Source: Marsupella aquatica
Taxonomy: Eukaryota > Plantae > Marchantiophyta
Direction of reading: 5' to 3'
Assembly: GCA_973895155.1 (NCBI GenBank)
Contig: OZ316893.1
Location: 1,798,860 to 1,862,859, forward strand
Length of the DNA stretch: 64,000 bases
Positions 36,668 through 51,300 of the stretch are shown here, piece by piece. A program made the translations under genes and the position numbers. The notes beneath the pieces are model-generated. The model searched no databases and was not told the origin of the DNA. It saw nothing but the letters and a program-made list of their open reading frames with translations. How positions within the stretch are numbered: the first letter of the stretch is position 1; the number at the start of each line of letters is the position of its first letter.

Positions 36668-37580
36668 TGTTACGGTTGTTTGGGTTAAGCTTGGGCGGCT
36701 GCGGCTGAAACTATGTGCGGCACTTCCTACGCCCTGGTCCGCACACTCTGGTTGCTGGATACTGCTAATTCAAGGGCTATGTGCACCCCAGGCTTTGGCC
36801 CGCTTAATGATTCAGGAGCATTTATTGGGATGGAAAAGCCTCCTATGAGTAATTGTTCTGAGACCAAAAAAGAGATCCAGTTGAGGGGTGGGGGGCAACG
36901 ACGGAACCGACCCCGAGGGTCAGGAATCACCAGAGGGCGGGGGGCGTATGCAAGGGGATGGACAGCGGACTGGTGGAGCCCCAGTTGGGGACTTGGGGGC
37001 GAAAGGAGGGGCGAATCGAACACTGCCTCAAACCGCCCCTACGGTGGAAGAAGGCCTACTCTGACGGTGGCCCATGCGCACCTTCCTTACGGTACCCACC
37101 ACCCAACAGTCCAACAAAGGTACTGTACCGTGCCACCTCAGCATCGCCCCTGTATCAACCGCAGGGTGCGCAGCCCAGGCCTGAGGAATGCGAACGAACC
37201 CTACTGTAGGTCTAGCCAGCAGTACGGTGTGATCCACGGTGATCTCATTTATTATCATAAAGACAGCATCCATATAGATCCCGACCGTCCATTTTATTAG
37301 GAACGGCTAAGATCCCTCCTCATTTTGGACCGTGCTTCCGAGACGGATACCTGTAAGGAACCGCCTCTGGGGAGCCCCCGCCCGGCTTTCGTAGCACCGG
37401 CCCCACCCTAGGATCGCGCCCTAGGGTCCGTGGGGCTTCGTAGGGTCGTGAAGCAAACCGACCCTACGGTCTGTGGGACTGCAGCCTTGGGAAAGCTGAC
37501 GTCGACGCCCACCTTTGTCTTCTGTGACTCTGTTCCTTTGCAATCGGACTCTGTTTTTTTTGTTTTGCCCCGTAGTAACT
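36668..37580. mobile_element. Possible GC-rich solo LTR
   Basis: Starts TGTTACGG and ends GTAGTAACT (LTR-like inverted ends with one mismatch); forms a sharp GC/CpG-rich island in AT-rich DNA; TSD poor (AACAT/TACAG). Confidence 0.4.
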
Positions 37581-40500
37581 TACAGTCAACTCTTCCTAAG
37601 TGCACGCTCTGGGGACGACGCCACAGACTTGCACTTACATGTGGTTTGCACTACATGACAGGTGCACATTTTCTCACTTTGCACTCATCAAACAGTGTAA
37701 TATCTGACCCTGCCCATCCTGGGCACCGGTCTGTTTACAATTGGTCATATAGATGGGAAGAAATAATGGTTGTTTAAAAAAATAAGGTTTGTTTGTAACA
37801 CTGCCTTGCTATCAATGCCTTAGCCTTGCTAGTCGATCAACACATGGGAAATGGGCTTTTAAATAAGCAACAAGATTATTCTGTTTGCTACTAGAGTGCC
37901 TCTACCTTCATTGATTCCTATTGAAGCTGTCACTTCTCACATTTGAGAAATTGTCATCTCATCTTCGAGTAGGAATCTACTGCCTTCCCTAAACCATTTA
38001 CTGTGCATCCTTTCCAAGTAATCTTATAATGAGGTGAAATTTTTACTCTATCTATTTTTCCAAGTATTATTCTGATGTTTACACATTGTACACACCTACC
38101 CTAAACGTCTAGCAACTATCTCATAATTGTCACATTAACTGTACATAACAATGGTTTGCAGTTATTTATAAGAGAGAGAGGATTTTGTGCTCTCACCCAG
38201 AAGTACACATGTACCCAGATAGGGATTTTGCACTTTCATATTTGTTATTAAATGGAGCCCTCTTTACATCAGCCATTTTTTGTGGGGATAAATCACCAAA
38301 AACATACCTGAAAAACTAGCTGGCTGAAATTTGAAAAAATCCCTGCCATATGCCACAATTGACCCCACTTGGGAGGGATTGCCAGAAAGTACTGCACAAT
38401 TGACTATCCCCACTGTAATACTAGGTTTTTCCATACTACAGAATTCCTGCCCTCCTTCTAGAGCTAGTCGCCAACTTGGCAAATTTGATGGAAAACAAGA
38501 AAATAAATTACTCTTAGTACTCATAAAAAGTGCAATAAAAGTGCACACCTTGTATAGTAAAGTACTATTTCCCCTCAAAAAGTTTTGTCAATAATGCTCG
38601 GACACCAGGACCTTAAAGGCCCAAACAAGTGAGATTCATTTTAGTTAAAATACAGCAGAATATTCATAACTAGTCTGATTACCCGTTCCTTGAAAATAAT
38701 ATGAAGAAAAAGAATTCTTGCATCATAAAATTTCTCTGCTATTTTAGTTAATCTTTGCCCCATCCTTGTTTTTTCTCCACCTGCATTTCAGTTTTGTCTT
38801 TATATGGAATCAATATCATTTTTGTCCAATCCTCATTCTAATTTTTTTCTTATTGATGCCCATGATCACTTTTGTCTTTATACAGTATAGGGTTACAGTC
38901 TAGAGGCTTCACTCTAGACGCCAGGCCCTTAAGAGTAGGATTCTTGAGTTGCCACTTTTACAATAAGATGAACCCATCCAAATCTTGAGTGTGCATTCTT
39001 CACTAATAATGCGTGAAAAAATAAAACGATAAAAATCACGAGGTGCATTAAGGTGTACCTTGCACTTAGGCAGGCTGTTCACTTATGAGAGTGTGCGCTT
39101 AGGAAGAGCCGACTGTACTAACTTCCTCCGTCGGACCGTCGCTGCCTTCCCGACGAAGAAGCCGGCGTGTCTGTGGCTCGTGTCGGATGACACGACACTT
39201 TGGGGAGAGGAGTAAACACTGCGGTGTCGACAAATTACACCTTCCTCCTTCGAAGGAAAGCGAAGGAAGGCGAAGGAAGGCGAAGAAGAAAAAGTTCCGT
39301 CTGGTCTCTCGATGCACCAATAATCTGCCAAGAGACTGTCGCGCTTCGCTGTTTCTTGCTGCGGTGCTCGGCTCTGCGTGCGTGCATGCATGCATGGAAG
39401 GAGCAGTGCACAAATCCGCCCTCTGATGAGTCGTCGACGCTCGAGCTCCGGGCCTCGGCTTTTTTTTTTTAATGTCGAATCTTGGAAGAATGGAATGCGC
39501 TGTGCACGGAGCATTTGAAGGGTGCAGTGATCCGGTAGCGGCAGCAGTCCTATTGGCATGGCCAGGTAAAGACGACGGACACTTGGAGGGAGGAGTCTGT
39601 TGCTGAAAAATTCGATTTGCGTTTGTTTGCGTTCCGGTTGATGGATTGGTTACTGGGCTCGTTGAGAGTGAGCGATTAGAGTGCCGCTTGATTTTGTGTT
39701 TTGATGGTGTGCATCGAAGATCTGCCGGATGAGAACCGTCGCTCCCAGATTTGCGAGTCTTGTGTAGGTTTTTTGAATTTCGTGTTTCTGGAGTGTGTGT
39801 TTTCATTAGTTCGAGGGAGAAAAATGGACGGGCTGTCGAGCATCGTGTTGTTGTTGTTGAGGCCTGCTGACGAAGGAGTGGATGGTTCTGGAGCTGAGCA
39901 GGCAATGAGAGAGGTCTGAATGGTTTCTCATTTTGGGATCCTGCTGCTGTGGTTCTTTGGTTGCAGCGAATGGGAGGAAGTAGTAGTGTCTACGCACGAC
40001 GCTGAATGCTCGCTCTAATTGTTTCGGGTCAGGCGAAGGGCAACCGGATGAGTAATCTGGCCTCTTAGAGAGTACCGTGCCAAATTCTACGCTCGTCCCG
40101 GGACCACGGAGAAAACTGCAGCGCTGATTATGATGCGCTGAGATACTAGTCTCTGGCAGGGTGGTCTGAGTGGATAAAAGATCGAATCAAGGCAGTACTT
40201 TCTCAAGGTCTCTTTTGGAGAGATTGACGCGGCGAAAGGCGTATCATTACTTGCTTCGGTCTTGCCCTGGGCTATTTGGACAGGGAACTTTGGCAGGTTT
40301 TCGCCCTGTGAACCGGTCACGCAGTTTCTGGAGCAGCTGTCACGTCCGGTTTTCCCTAGGTTTCGGTTCATTGTGCTTCGCCGAAATTTAGCATGAGCGA
40401 CAGTAAGTTCTGGCTGGATGAGGTCTACCTCAGCTGCTCTTTGACCAGTTCGTGGCTGGCATCTGCTTGCCTTCGCATGTTGGAGAAATTGTAAGTTGAG

Positions 40501-42377
40501 ATCTCTGGCTTGTGATTCCTTTCCTGCCATTGTTCCGTTTGTTCCTTTTTCTCAAAGTCTCGGGTGCAATTGGTTGAGATCCGTCATGTTGGGTGTATTC
40601 GCGGGACTTTCGACTGGAAGGTCTCTGGAATCTAAGACAACTGGCAACTGACATTCCGGAAATGGATGACCCGTCGACATATTGGACTTTTTTTCTTTGT
40701 GGAGTGTGGAATTCAGGGCCCATAGTGTATCTCCTAGTTGTTGTAGGGTTTGTCGGTCTGCCGGCGAAGCCAATTCCGTGACAACACGAGGGAATTTTTT
40801 TGAATCTCATGCATGATAGCCATAACAATTCCGCGGCCTTATGACGAAATGTCATTGTAGTCGCACCGGCCTCACGAAAGGTATGAATTGTGTTGCCATT
40901 AAATTGCCAAAAATACGCATTTGTCCAAGAGGCAGCGACCTTCAATCTCACGGTCACAGTGGTCCACGCTGAAGACATAGATGATCTCTTCAATGTGGAC
41001 CAATGTCGATATCGTGCATGTTAGAGCTGAGTGTGAGCAAAGTCAACACTGAGGAGCAATAATCAATTGTGATTTCATTCGCCCCTTTCTTTTGGTGATA
41101 ATGCAACCTCCATCCCGTCCACACAACGGACGGTTGGACATACTTTGGAGTAGGTGGAAATTAATGTGCTTTTTTTCGAGAGCTTTACTTTATCACCAAC
41201 TGGAATCAAGCGTTTGCACATATGAGTGATTTTGCCTTCTCGGCTTTTTCATAATTGTTACCGTCGGTCAAGGTGCGGACATGCTTAGTTTTACCCTCTA
41301 CAGCTGTCAGGAAGATGTTGTGATGGATTGGTTTTGAGACGCTAGGCTGTAGTCATAGCCTTCGATAATTACGGCGGTTTCTCTGTCGAGATGCTTCGAA
41401 ACTACATTGAGCGGAGTTGCCTTTTCGAAGTGGGGGGAGTTTGGTTTTATTGTTTCAAGCTCATTGTTCTGATTGAACGAATATGTTGTGCTCCCCCTTG
41501 AACTTATTGTCACTGACTATAATTCTGATGTAGGTCTCGTGTACTAGAGCTCTGGCACTGAGATAATTACTGTCGTGTAAATTGATAATTTTATGACGCC
41601 TGCGGCAAGTGGCTTTTGCCTGCCGTCTCTGGAATCCTCCCAGCGAGCTCCAGTAGTCTTCTTTGTTACAGTACTGCTGTCCGTTCCCGTTTCTCAACAA
41701 CGGCTACTAGCAAGTGTTTGTATGAGAAACATCGCTCACGTTTGTGTTTGCAATGATGATGGCAGGACTTTGCTCGAAAGGCTGCAGGCTTCGGTTCAAG
41801 TACCCAAAATTAGTTGACACGAACTCATGAACTGGTCTCAGAGGGACTTTGAGAGCCAGTTGGCTTTCAAGATAGGAATATCATTGAATGGTCAGGACAT
41901 GGGAGTTCTGACTAAGCGGAGGTCACATTGACGGCTTAGTGCGGGTGAAAATAGTTGGTGGTTAATGTGTACGCTCACGAGCTTAATTTTAAAACTGCTA
42001 TCGGCGATTATCAGTGAACTGTAGAAAGTTTTCCTGTGGATGGGCTCTATTTAGGATTTTATAGGATATGGAGTCAGCCACGATGAGATACAATTACCCC
42101 ATTTTGAGGTGAGTCTGTGCATTATTCAGGGCCCATGTCAAGAGGAGAATCAGTAGGAAACGAACGGATGGTCGGATCATGGGTGTCTCTGGGAGGGAGG
42201 TCATAAAGCGGATATATGGAAGAACTCCGGATGGTGTGGTTGGAGCGGAGCGCTTAGCTTATTTTTATCAAAGCATGAACGTTAGGAGGAGAAGCGCACA
42301 CCCGTTTGAAAAAGAAGGGCAGAAACAGGAAGTCGCTTGATTGACTGATAAACTGACTATGAAGGTGGAGCTACAGG

Positions 42378-45300
42378 ATGGGTCCACCCGTGTGTTTGCG
42401 TGGATCTTCAGTCAGCGTCGTACTGATTTCCGTTCTTTCTCTCATATCTGTCGTATATTGCACCCCTCTTCAGAATTCAATAGAATTGTGGCACGGTGAT
42501 CCACACACCAGCCCTGACCCTGATCCTAACCCTGGAGTTATTGAAGCGGCTGCTTCGCCTTGTGATGGAGTTTACTATGATCCAGAAGAACATGTGAATC
42601 AGTCTCTCTCCTGTGAGATTGATTTGCATGGAATCGGGTCTTTAGACAAACTTTGCATTGTCAAAGGGAAAATTGAGCTACCAGATGATGCACTGATCAC
42701 CGGTGCAGGAAGCGTGGAAATCCTTTCTGATGCAAGTCTGGCCTGTATTACCTCTGGCTGCAACATTTCAATTTTTCTCTCAGGAAACTTGATTGTGAAT
42801 GGATCCATCAACAGTGGGACCTTGGTCATTGAAGCACACAATATAACTGTTGGTAAATTAGCTTCGGTCAGTACTCGAGGCTTAGGTGGCAAACCACCAT
42901 CCCAGACATCTGGTACTCCTCAGAGCTTCGAGGGCGGTGGTGGGGGTCATGGAGGACGGGGAGCAATGTGTGCACGAAATGAAGACCAAGATCAGGCCGA
43001 TGTATTTGGAGGTGATGGCTATGAGTGGTCTACTTTAGCTTGTCCGTGGGGTTATGGGAGTCAAGGTGCTTCTACAAGCAAGACAGGAAATTATGGGGGA
43101 GGTGGAGGAGGGCGGATAAACATTACAGCGTTTGCTTTACTTGAGGTGGATGGGATAGTGGATGCAGATGGGGACTCTGGAGGGGAGTATGGTGGAGGTG
43201 GCTCCGGCGGTAGTGTAATGATCTCAGCAAGCGAACTGTGAGACTACAAAACTTTGTGCCGCCCAGGCATCTCCCTTCCACATCCATTTTCAATCTCGTA
43301 CATATTCTTCAGGTATTTTCGTGGACATGCATTTCTGGACTCATTAGTAGTGTACAGCTGTGCTTACTCTGATTCTGTGGATTTCCAGAAAGGGAAATGG
43401 GACGATCAGTGCTTCCGGAGGCAGTGGTCGAGCTGGTGGTGGTGGTGGTCGTCTGTCAACTAAAGTGAACAAGGGTTCTGGAGTCAGATTGCTTGCTCAA
43501 GGTTGTCCTGTTCCTGCTTTATCAGCAACCAGACCATTACATCATTTGCATTATCTCCATTGGCATGAATCTCCCATGACAGAGATCGTTTCTTGAGACA
43601 TGTCCAACTGTCCAGATTGTAGTGACGTTTCTCTGACAACTTTCGCTTTTGTACTTTTTATGGAAATGAACAGGAGGGCTTAGCTATGCATGCCCCAATA
43701 ATACTGGTGCGGCAGGGACTCAGTTTGATATAATTCGGCAGAGTCTCACAGTCAGCAATGAGAACAAGTACACTCAAAGTGAGACGCTTTTGATGGACTT
43801 TCCCCACTTTCCGCTCTGGGACACTCTACTTGTGGATGGCAGAGCAAAGGCTTCGATACCACTGCTTTGGAGTAGGGTGCAGGTACGGTTCAAGACATCG
43901 GAGTTATTCTTGCTCATTTCTTTGCATTCTTTCAGGCGTCCTTTTCTTGCTCTCTGTCGTATTTGTATGACGCATCATCCCGGCTCTGGTCGTGTCGCAT
44001 ATTCTGGACCACCTTGTTATTGATACCGAGCATGATTTGGCATGGCAGGTTCGAGCATCGATTAGAGTTATCTCTGAGTCCGTACTAGCGTTTGGCTTGG
44101 CTCATTACCAAACCTCAGAATTTGAGGTGGTTTCTGAACAAGTTCAGGCAACTAATTCAACCATTAAGGTAATTGCCTCGTCTCCGGTTTCAAATCTCTG
44201 CCGTCGGCCTCAATAACAAAACCAGAGAAAGACAAAAAAAAGCAAAAGAAAAGATATAGGTGGAAAGTCTCCTGGCTATCTGGACCCGAAACCATCCCAT
44301 GTGACAGTTGTGTGTGAATGAGGTGAGGTTGTGGTATTCTTTGAGATGGTTGACCGGTCATGTTTTGTTGTGAGCAGTCAACTCTGGATGTATCTACAGT
44401 TACTCCTTAGAGAAGCAGTTCGGGGTGATGTCTTAGATGGTCGCCTCCTTCATTGGCCTGAAAAGCACAGTTCGGAATGGCGACCTTCGGATGGTCATGA
44501 ATGTGTGACGGATACAGATTTAACTTTTAAGAAGGTGTCGGTGCAGTTGCATGTTGGCAATAGCGTAGTTATACAATTTGATCGTCTTCTAGCTCGTTTC
44601 TTTTATATGACAATATTCAGTCGTACGAAAAGTAGTTTATTTGAAGTGAAGCATCTCGGAGACAAATTATTTTTGGTTGCTTCTTCCGTTACGCTTTACA
44701 CATTATGAGTGCAGGTTTATGGTGCTTTGAAACTCCAATCGAAAATGCTGTTTTTGGAGAATTCAACTTTAGTTATTGAAGGTGGTGAAGATGGCTTCAC
44801 AGGCACTTCAGATCTAGAAGCCAGTAGTGTTGCATCTTTGAGGGTATGTGCTCTAGTTTCAAGCCTATTAAGTTTCCTTTTAAAACGACGTGCTAGCAGA
44901 CAGTGCTTGACAATACTGCGAGTCTTTTCCTCAGAAGAAAGTAACCTTCATTGAAGGGGATGCTAGGTTCTGAGCCATTTCAGTCTTTTGGAGTGTCTTG
45001 ATTTACTTCATAGTCACTCTGATCTAAATTTCTGTACTGGTATTCTGATGATTTGTTTCGATAGTTTCTAATTCGAGAGATTTGGCTGCTTTTTCCAGGA
45101 TGGTTCAGTGATCGTATCAAATTCCAACCTTGGCATGCATGGCCAAGGACTGTTGAAGCTCAGTGGTCCCGGAGATATTATAAAGGCGGAGCGTTTATTC
45201 TTTTCATTGTTTTTTACCATCCGTGTAAGTGCAAAAGTGCCAAACTAACGATAGTAGTCCTGATACGTCAATTTTGCCTAGCTCCTTGGATGTGTAAAAA

Positions 45301-48300
45301 GCGCAAGCCATTGTAGATCGTATCACCTTTCAGGCCATTTTGTAGCCGAAAATATCCTAGCTACCTCTAGAAACCAATCTTGACGACCCAGTGGCTGATT
45401 ATTGACCTGGATGATGACAGGTTGGGCCGGGTGCTGTCCTCCAGGCACCGCTGGACTACAATTCACCACTAAGTGATGAGTGCGTGAATTTTGATATTTT
45501 GTTTCCTCATGGAAGGGTGATTTCAGCGGAAAAGGAGTAGTTACAATAAACTAATTGGCTTTTCAGATACTTTTCATATTGTGTTGTGCACCCGTGCCCT
45601 GATATTTTTAATGTGTGGAGCCTTATTGTTTACCTTAGGCTGCCTGCACCAGTTTCAACTCTGGTATAAAGCAAAAATTCATTCAACGCTGGGGGGGCAT
45701 TCAAGGCTAGCTAAATTGGACGTTTCTGATTTGCCACTTACAGGACGTCCAGACTGTATTGCATGCGCACAACCTGCCCAGAGGAAGTGACTGCTCCATC
45801 TGAAGATTGCACGTTGAATATATCCTCTCCGTTCACTCTCCAGGTATATTCTGGTTTTGAGAGGCAATTCTCGGGTGCAGTTGTTTATTTGAATATTCGA
45901 CAGAAGTACACAATGAGACTGTATGATGTTATCTGTGCGATGTTTGCATTGATCATGAATGAATTCCGTTGCAATGAATCTAACCTAAGGAGGATATGTG
46001 TCCAAGGTAGAAGTAAGACTAAAGGTGTGACGTTAGCAATCACACTAATCCGTGATAATAGGAGTGAGGCGGTTCATATCAGTAGATATGACCATACATC
46101 TGAGGCAAATCCAATGACGAGAAAGAGTCTAAAGTAGCGCAAGAAAACTAGTCGCTAGATAGGATTGTCAATCCATGTACAGGTCACATGGATTGAATAA
46201 CTAACACACTACTCCTGAAAACATTGTGGAACTCTAGTATAACTATGAGTATGTAGTTATTGGAAACAGAATATTATGGCTGTGGGTCGTTCACAACTGG
46301 GTGAGTACCATTTCTGGTCATAAGATGACAATTCATGGTAGAGATTTCTGATTCCTAGTGCTAGCTGACGCTGAACTGGATTCACTTAGTCGAACTTCAC
46401 TCGAGTTTGTTACTCATAACACTTGTCCAAAAATGTGTTGACATAGCATTCGACAATTGTTATGCAGGTGTGTCGTGTGGAAGAATTCCAAATAGAAGGC
46501 ACTGTCAAGGGGAGCGTGGTGCACGTACAAAGGACAAGGGCCATTTCTATAGATCCTGAAGGAGTTCTAACTGCTTCTGGCTGGGGTCTGTTCAGCTCTT
46601 TGCCCTTCAATGTTGATTTTCATTATTTGAAAGCTACGGTAAAGTTGTCGATGATTTGTGGTCATAGGTGCTTAAAAGGAAGTGGCAACCATCATGTGTT
46701 TTCTCGACTCGGATCAGGAGCATGTTCCTACATTTCGACACTTCTGAACGTAATTGGTTGTCTTACTCATGTCGGCAGGATGCAAAGGTGGGTTAGGCAA
46801 AGGTGAGATGTCCTCAACATACGCTGCCGGCGGTGGTGGACATGGAGGACTGGGTGGCCGAGGGTTTTTCAATGGAAGCTGGGCTAGTGGTGGTTCTGCG
46901 TATGGAAACCAAGACCTGCCTTGCGAATTGGGAAGTGGGAGTGGTAACTCGAGCACTGGCGAGGTCACTTCAGGAGGAGGCATTATTGGTACGTAATTCT
47001 GGCTATCCAAATGTTTCCCAATACATGTCGTTCCGAGGTCGAAGGGCTACGCATGGATTGGTCCACATAGGTATGAACTTCTGCATCTGCTGTCTTATCT
47101 TATTAATTTTTAGCGATTGGAATCCCTTAAGTTTAGTATTTCAATGCGTTTTGTGTGGGCCCAGAGAGATGCTTTCTAGCATTAAAATAGAATGTAGAAT
47201 TGATGCTCAGATGATCCATGAACTTTCCAGGTGTGTGTGTGTGTGCACATCATGCGGTTGTTGCTTTCAAAAGCTGAACTGTATTTTGTTCCGTCGTGTT
47301 GTGGTTGCAGTCCTGGGGTCTCCAGATCATCCATTGGTTAATCTGGACCTTTCAGGATCTCTTACAGCAGATGGCGGAAGTTCGAGTGTACTTTCAACCG
47401 AGACACAAGGTGGGGGCCCCGGAGGAGGTTCAGGTGGAAGTCTACTTCTGTTTCTGGAAACCCTGACCCTCCAAAATGGATCCATTCTGTCAACTGCTGG
47501 AGGACACGGAGGCCCGATCGGGGGAGGTGGTGGGGCTGGAGGCCGAGTCCATTTCCATTGGTCAAACATTGCAACTGGGGAAGATTTTTTGTCTATAGCG
47601 AATGTTAAGGGTGAAATAAACTCAAGGTAGTTTAAGGAGACATTTTACTTCGTGGTATCAGTGTTGACATGTGGACCATCGATTGCACTTGTCAGGCTCC
47701 TTCGTTCTATTCAGAGCAACAGCTGGTTTCATGAAGATTAGGGCACTGAGTATTCATTTATTGCAAATATCATCTGTTTTTGACGCAGAGTATTCAACGT
47801 AAGTCAATATTGTTTGGTGTAAGCTTAACACCGTAATTGCTGTTCTTTTTCTTTCTCAGGGGTGGTACTGGAAGTGACCTTGCTACTGAAGGTAGCAATG
47901 GTACAATCAGCGGGAGGGAATGCCCAGAAGGGCTTCGTGGCATATTCTGTGAGGTGAGGACTTTAGAGTAGATACATCATGTTCTCCCTCTCAAAGGTCT
48001 ATTCTATTCACGTCAAACGTTTTGCAGAGCATAATAAATTAGATGCGTGCTTTCTTTTTGTTTGCATCTGACCATTTCATTCCGTTCCTGAGGGGTGTCA
48101 AGCTGCTTTTCGACTTGTCAGTGTGAAGGTTGTCCCAGGTCAGTAGTGTAGACGGTTGCTTGAATTGTAGATCAATAACTTGATGCGGATGGGATGGGTG
48201 TTTCTTTATGCATTTGAAGTCAGCCACTCTTTCTTGCTAACGACGAGGGGTTATTTGGATGTTTTTCAGGAGTGTCCAATAGGCACGTATAAAAACGAAA

Positions 48301-51300
48301 CAGGTTCTGATTATTCGTTGTGCAAACCTTGTCCCATATCAGCACGGCCTCGACGGGCAGTTTTCACATACGTCCGTGGTACCTGCGGCTTAACTTTGAA
48401 CCTATTTTTCTAGATGTCGTTTTGTGTACTGGATTGTTTCGACTTGAGATGATTATTTTGTCATGAGCGACCGAGTTAGTAAAGCATTTAGCAAGCCCAC
48501 TTCATCTGTGTGCTCTTAAAGGGGAAGTTGACCTGCGTGATTGTTTGCAGGAGGGGTCACGAATCCTGAATGCCCGTTCCGATGTGTGTCGGAAAGGTAC
48601 CAGATGCCTCACTGTTACACACCTATAGAAGAGTTGATTTACACTCTAGGCGGGCCCTGGTTTTTCACGATTTCTCTGTCGAGTGCATTGGTACTCTTGG
48701 CGCTTGTTCTCAGTGTAGCTCGAATGAAGCTGGTTGGAAATGATGATTTCTCTGGCCCATCTCCAACGCCGCATGGTGCTCATATTGACCATTCTTTCCC
48801 CTTCCTGGAGTCTTTGAATGAGGTACTTACTCATCTTGTTAAACACTCATTAATAGGCTTAAGTAATCACAGTCGGGTGTTGACAGTTATTGGCGTCTTC
48901 TGATGTTAGACCTTCCGGTTTGGGCTTGTCGATGTTGTTCTGGATCGCAGCAAAGTATTCCCTTCCCTTGTGACGCTGGTATTGTATGCATTACCATTAT
49001 TCAACTGGGGTTTTGACATGTTACATGTGAAGGTTTTGGAGACAACTCGTGTAGATGAGTCCCAAAGTCATATACACCGTATGTTCTTCATGGGATGCAA
49101 TTCTTTCGGAGAGCCTTGGCATATTCCACATACGCCGCCTGAACAAATTGTTGACCTTGTGTAAGATTCTCCAAAAAATGTCGTTGTTGTGATCGCTACT
49201 AGTCTCTAGTAAATGCTATACACAGAGATAACAGAGAAAACGAATGTGTTTTTAATGTCAAAAATAGGAGATGAGGAGGTTTTACTCAGGAAGCTTGTAA
49301 GTATTGCTGGAATTTTTTTTTTCTGTCTTATGATTCTCTAGATAGATGCCATCAGGTGAGTTCATTTGATTCTTTCTTAAAACTCCTCGCCTGGATTCTC
49401 CCGTCCTTCAATGAGAACAACTGCCGCTATATTCTAGAAAGATCATGTCTGGATTGATTTCCACGCCAAGGAATCCTTGTCCGTAAAACTGGTTTCCGGA
49501 ATGTAATAGAACAAGTCCAATACTTGATTGACCACGTGTCTGCTTTAGTCATGCTGAACTGTCATCAGGCTCATTGCATGGGTCACCACTCTTTCAAATT
49601 TTGTCTGGGCCCTGGTGTACCTCGCGTTTTACTTTTCGTGTTAAATGGCTGTAAATACAACTTTGGTTTTAGGGACACTAAAAATCACACCTGCCTCAGG
49701 TACTTATGCAGCGGTAACATTGGTTAATATGCAGGTATGAGGATGCTTATAATCGGTTTGTGGAGGAACTCAATAGTTTGGCAGCCTATCAATGGTGGGA
49801 AGGATCAGTCCATAGTATATTGTCTGTGGTTGCCTATCCCTTAGCTTGGCATTGGATGCAGTGGAGACAAAGAAACAAAGTACAGCAAATGCGAGAGTAT
49901 GTGCGATCTGAGTATGATCATGCATGCCTCCGATCGTGCCGTTCTCGAGCACTCTATGAAGGATTGAAGGTGAGTTTGTTAAGCTTTCATGACAAACTCT
50001 GACATAATAGGCCTTATGAAGTTCGGTGAAGCATTGAGAACAAAAGCTTTCTTAAGTTAAGTTTAGGTTGATCTTGAGGTGCATGATCCCATCCAAATTT
50101 ATCATCAAGTCTGAGAAAGGGAAGATTTGTGTCCTAGTATAACTTATTAATCTGTCGGCGAGAGATATGCGTGAGAGAAAAGGGCATCACCAAGTTTGAT
50201 TTCTTTCCATGTTTTGGACAGGTGGCTGCTACTCCAGATCTGATGTTGGGTTACATTGATGTGTTCTTGGGAGGAGATGAAAAAAGAGCTGATCTCCCTC
50301 CTCCTCTGTTACAACGGCTGCCGATGTCCGTCACTTTTGGTGGCAATGGAACCTATATGGCTGCGTATTGTCTGCATAGCGACAATCTCCTTACAAGCTT
50401 GATATGCCAGGTGCATGACCGGTGTTATTTGAATAGTTGAGGTTATTGCGTAATGTGTCTTAAGGACTTCGCATCAGTTTTATACGGCACTCGTCGGATC
50501 GAAAAGCCATATTTACATTTGTCCGTTCCCTCGTCGCAGAACTTTGTTTCGTTGACCTTTGCATTGGCTACGTAGTCACTATTAGGGTTTGCATCAGCAA
50601 TAAATCTCCCATTCTCGGATAATACCTGTAAAGTAATTCTGCTTAAACGACCTGGATCCTTTAAAATGAATCAACGTCGAAAGTTATTACTTACCTTCGC
50701 TGTGTCACCAAATGTTTGCGTTGAAAAAGTGAGCAATCTGTGGTAATTTGGATACATCCGTCGAAAAGATTTTATTCAGATTGGTCACATCGCTTTTATA
50801 ACACGTCTATTTTAGTATCATGATAAATTCTTGGGTTCCAGACAAACAGACCATTCTCCCAGCTAGATAAACGAAATGATCACTTAATGCGGAATACTTT
50901 TAAAGAACTGCTTATAAATCTCATAGGACTTTTCAATAAAATACCTTGGGTGTTTTGCAGGTTGTACCAGCAACAGTGTGGTATCGTTTCGTGGGTGGAT
51001 TGAATGCTCAGTTACGAACCGTGAGGAAGGGATCTCTACGTCATACCCTCCTTCCAGTAACTAGTTGGCTAAATACCCATGTAAATCCACGCTTTGGTAT
51101 GCAAGGCATTCGGGTGGACTTGGCATGGTTTCATGCCACCACTTCAGGCTACTACCAACTAGGAATTGTTCTTAATGAGGCTGGAGAAGTACCGCAATTC
51201 ATGCAGCGCTCAGATTCATTCGACTCTTCCACAGCCCCGTTCGTGCCAATCCTCTTGCCAGATGCACTGAAACTGACTTGATTTTAATATTGAAACTCGG

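Noticed and set aside
36713-37300. 195-aa plus-strand ORF
   Set aside because: Arg/Gly/Pro-rich chance ORF in a GC-rich LTR-like island.
39083-39905. 268-aa and 158-aa minus-strand ORFs
   Set aside because: Low-complexity antisense translations of a GC-rich promoter/5' leader; no domain recognised.
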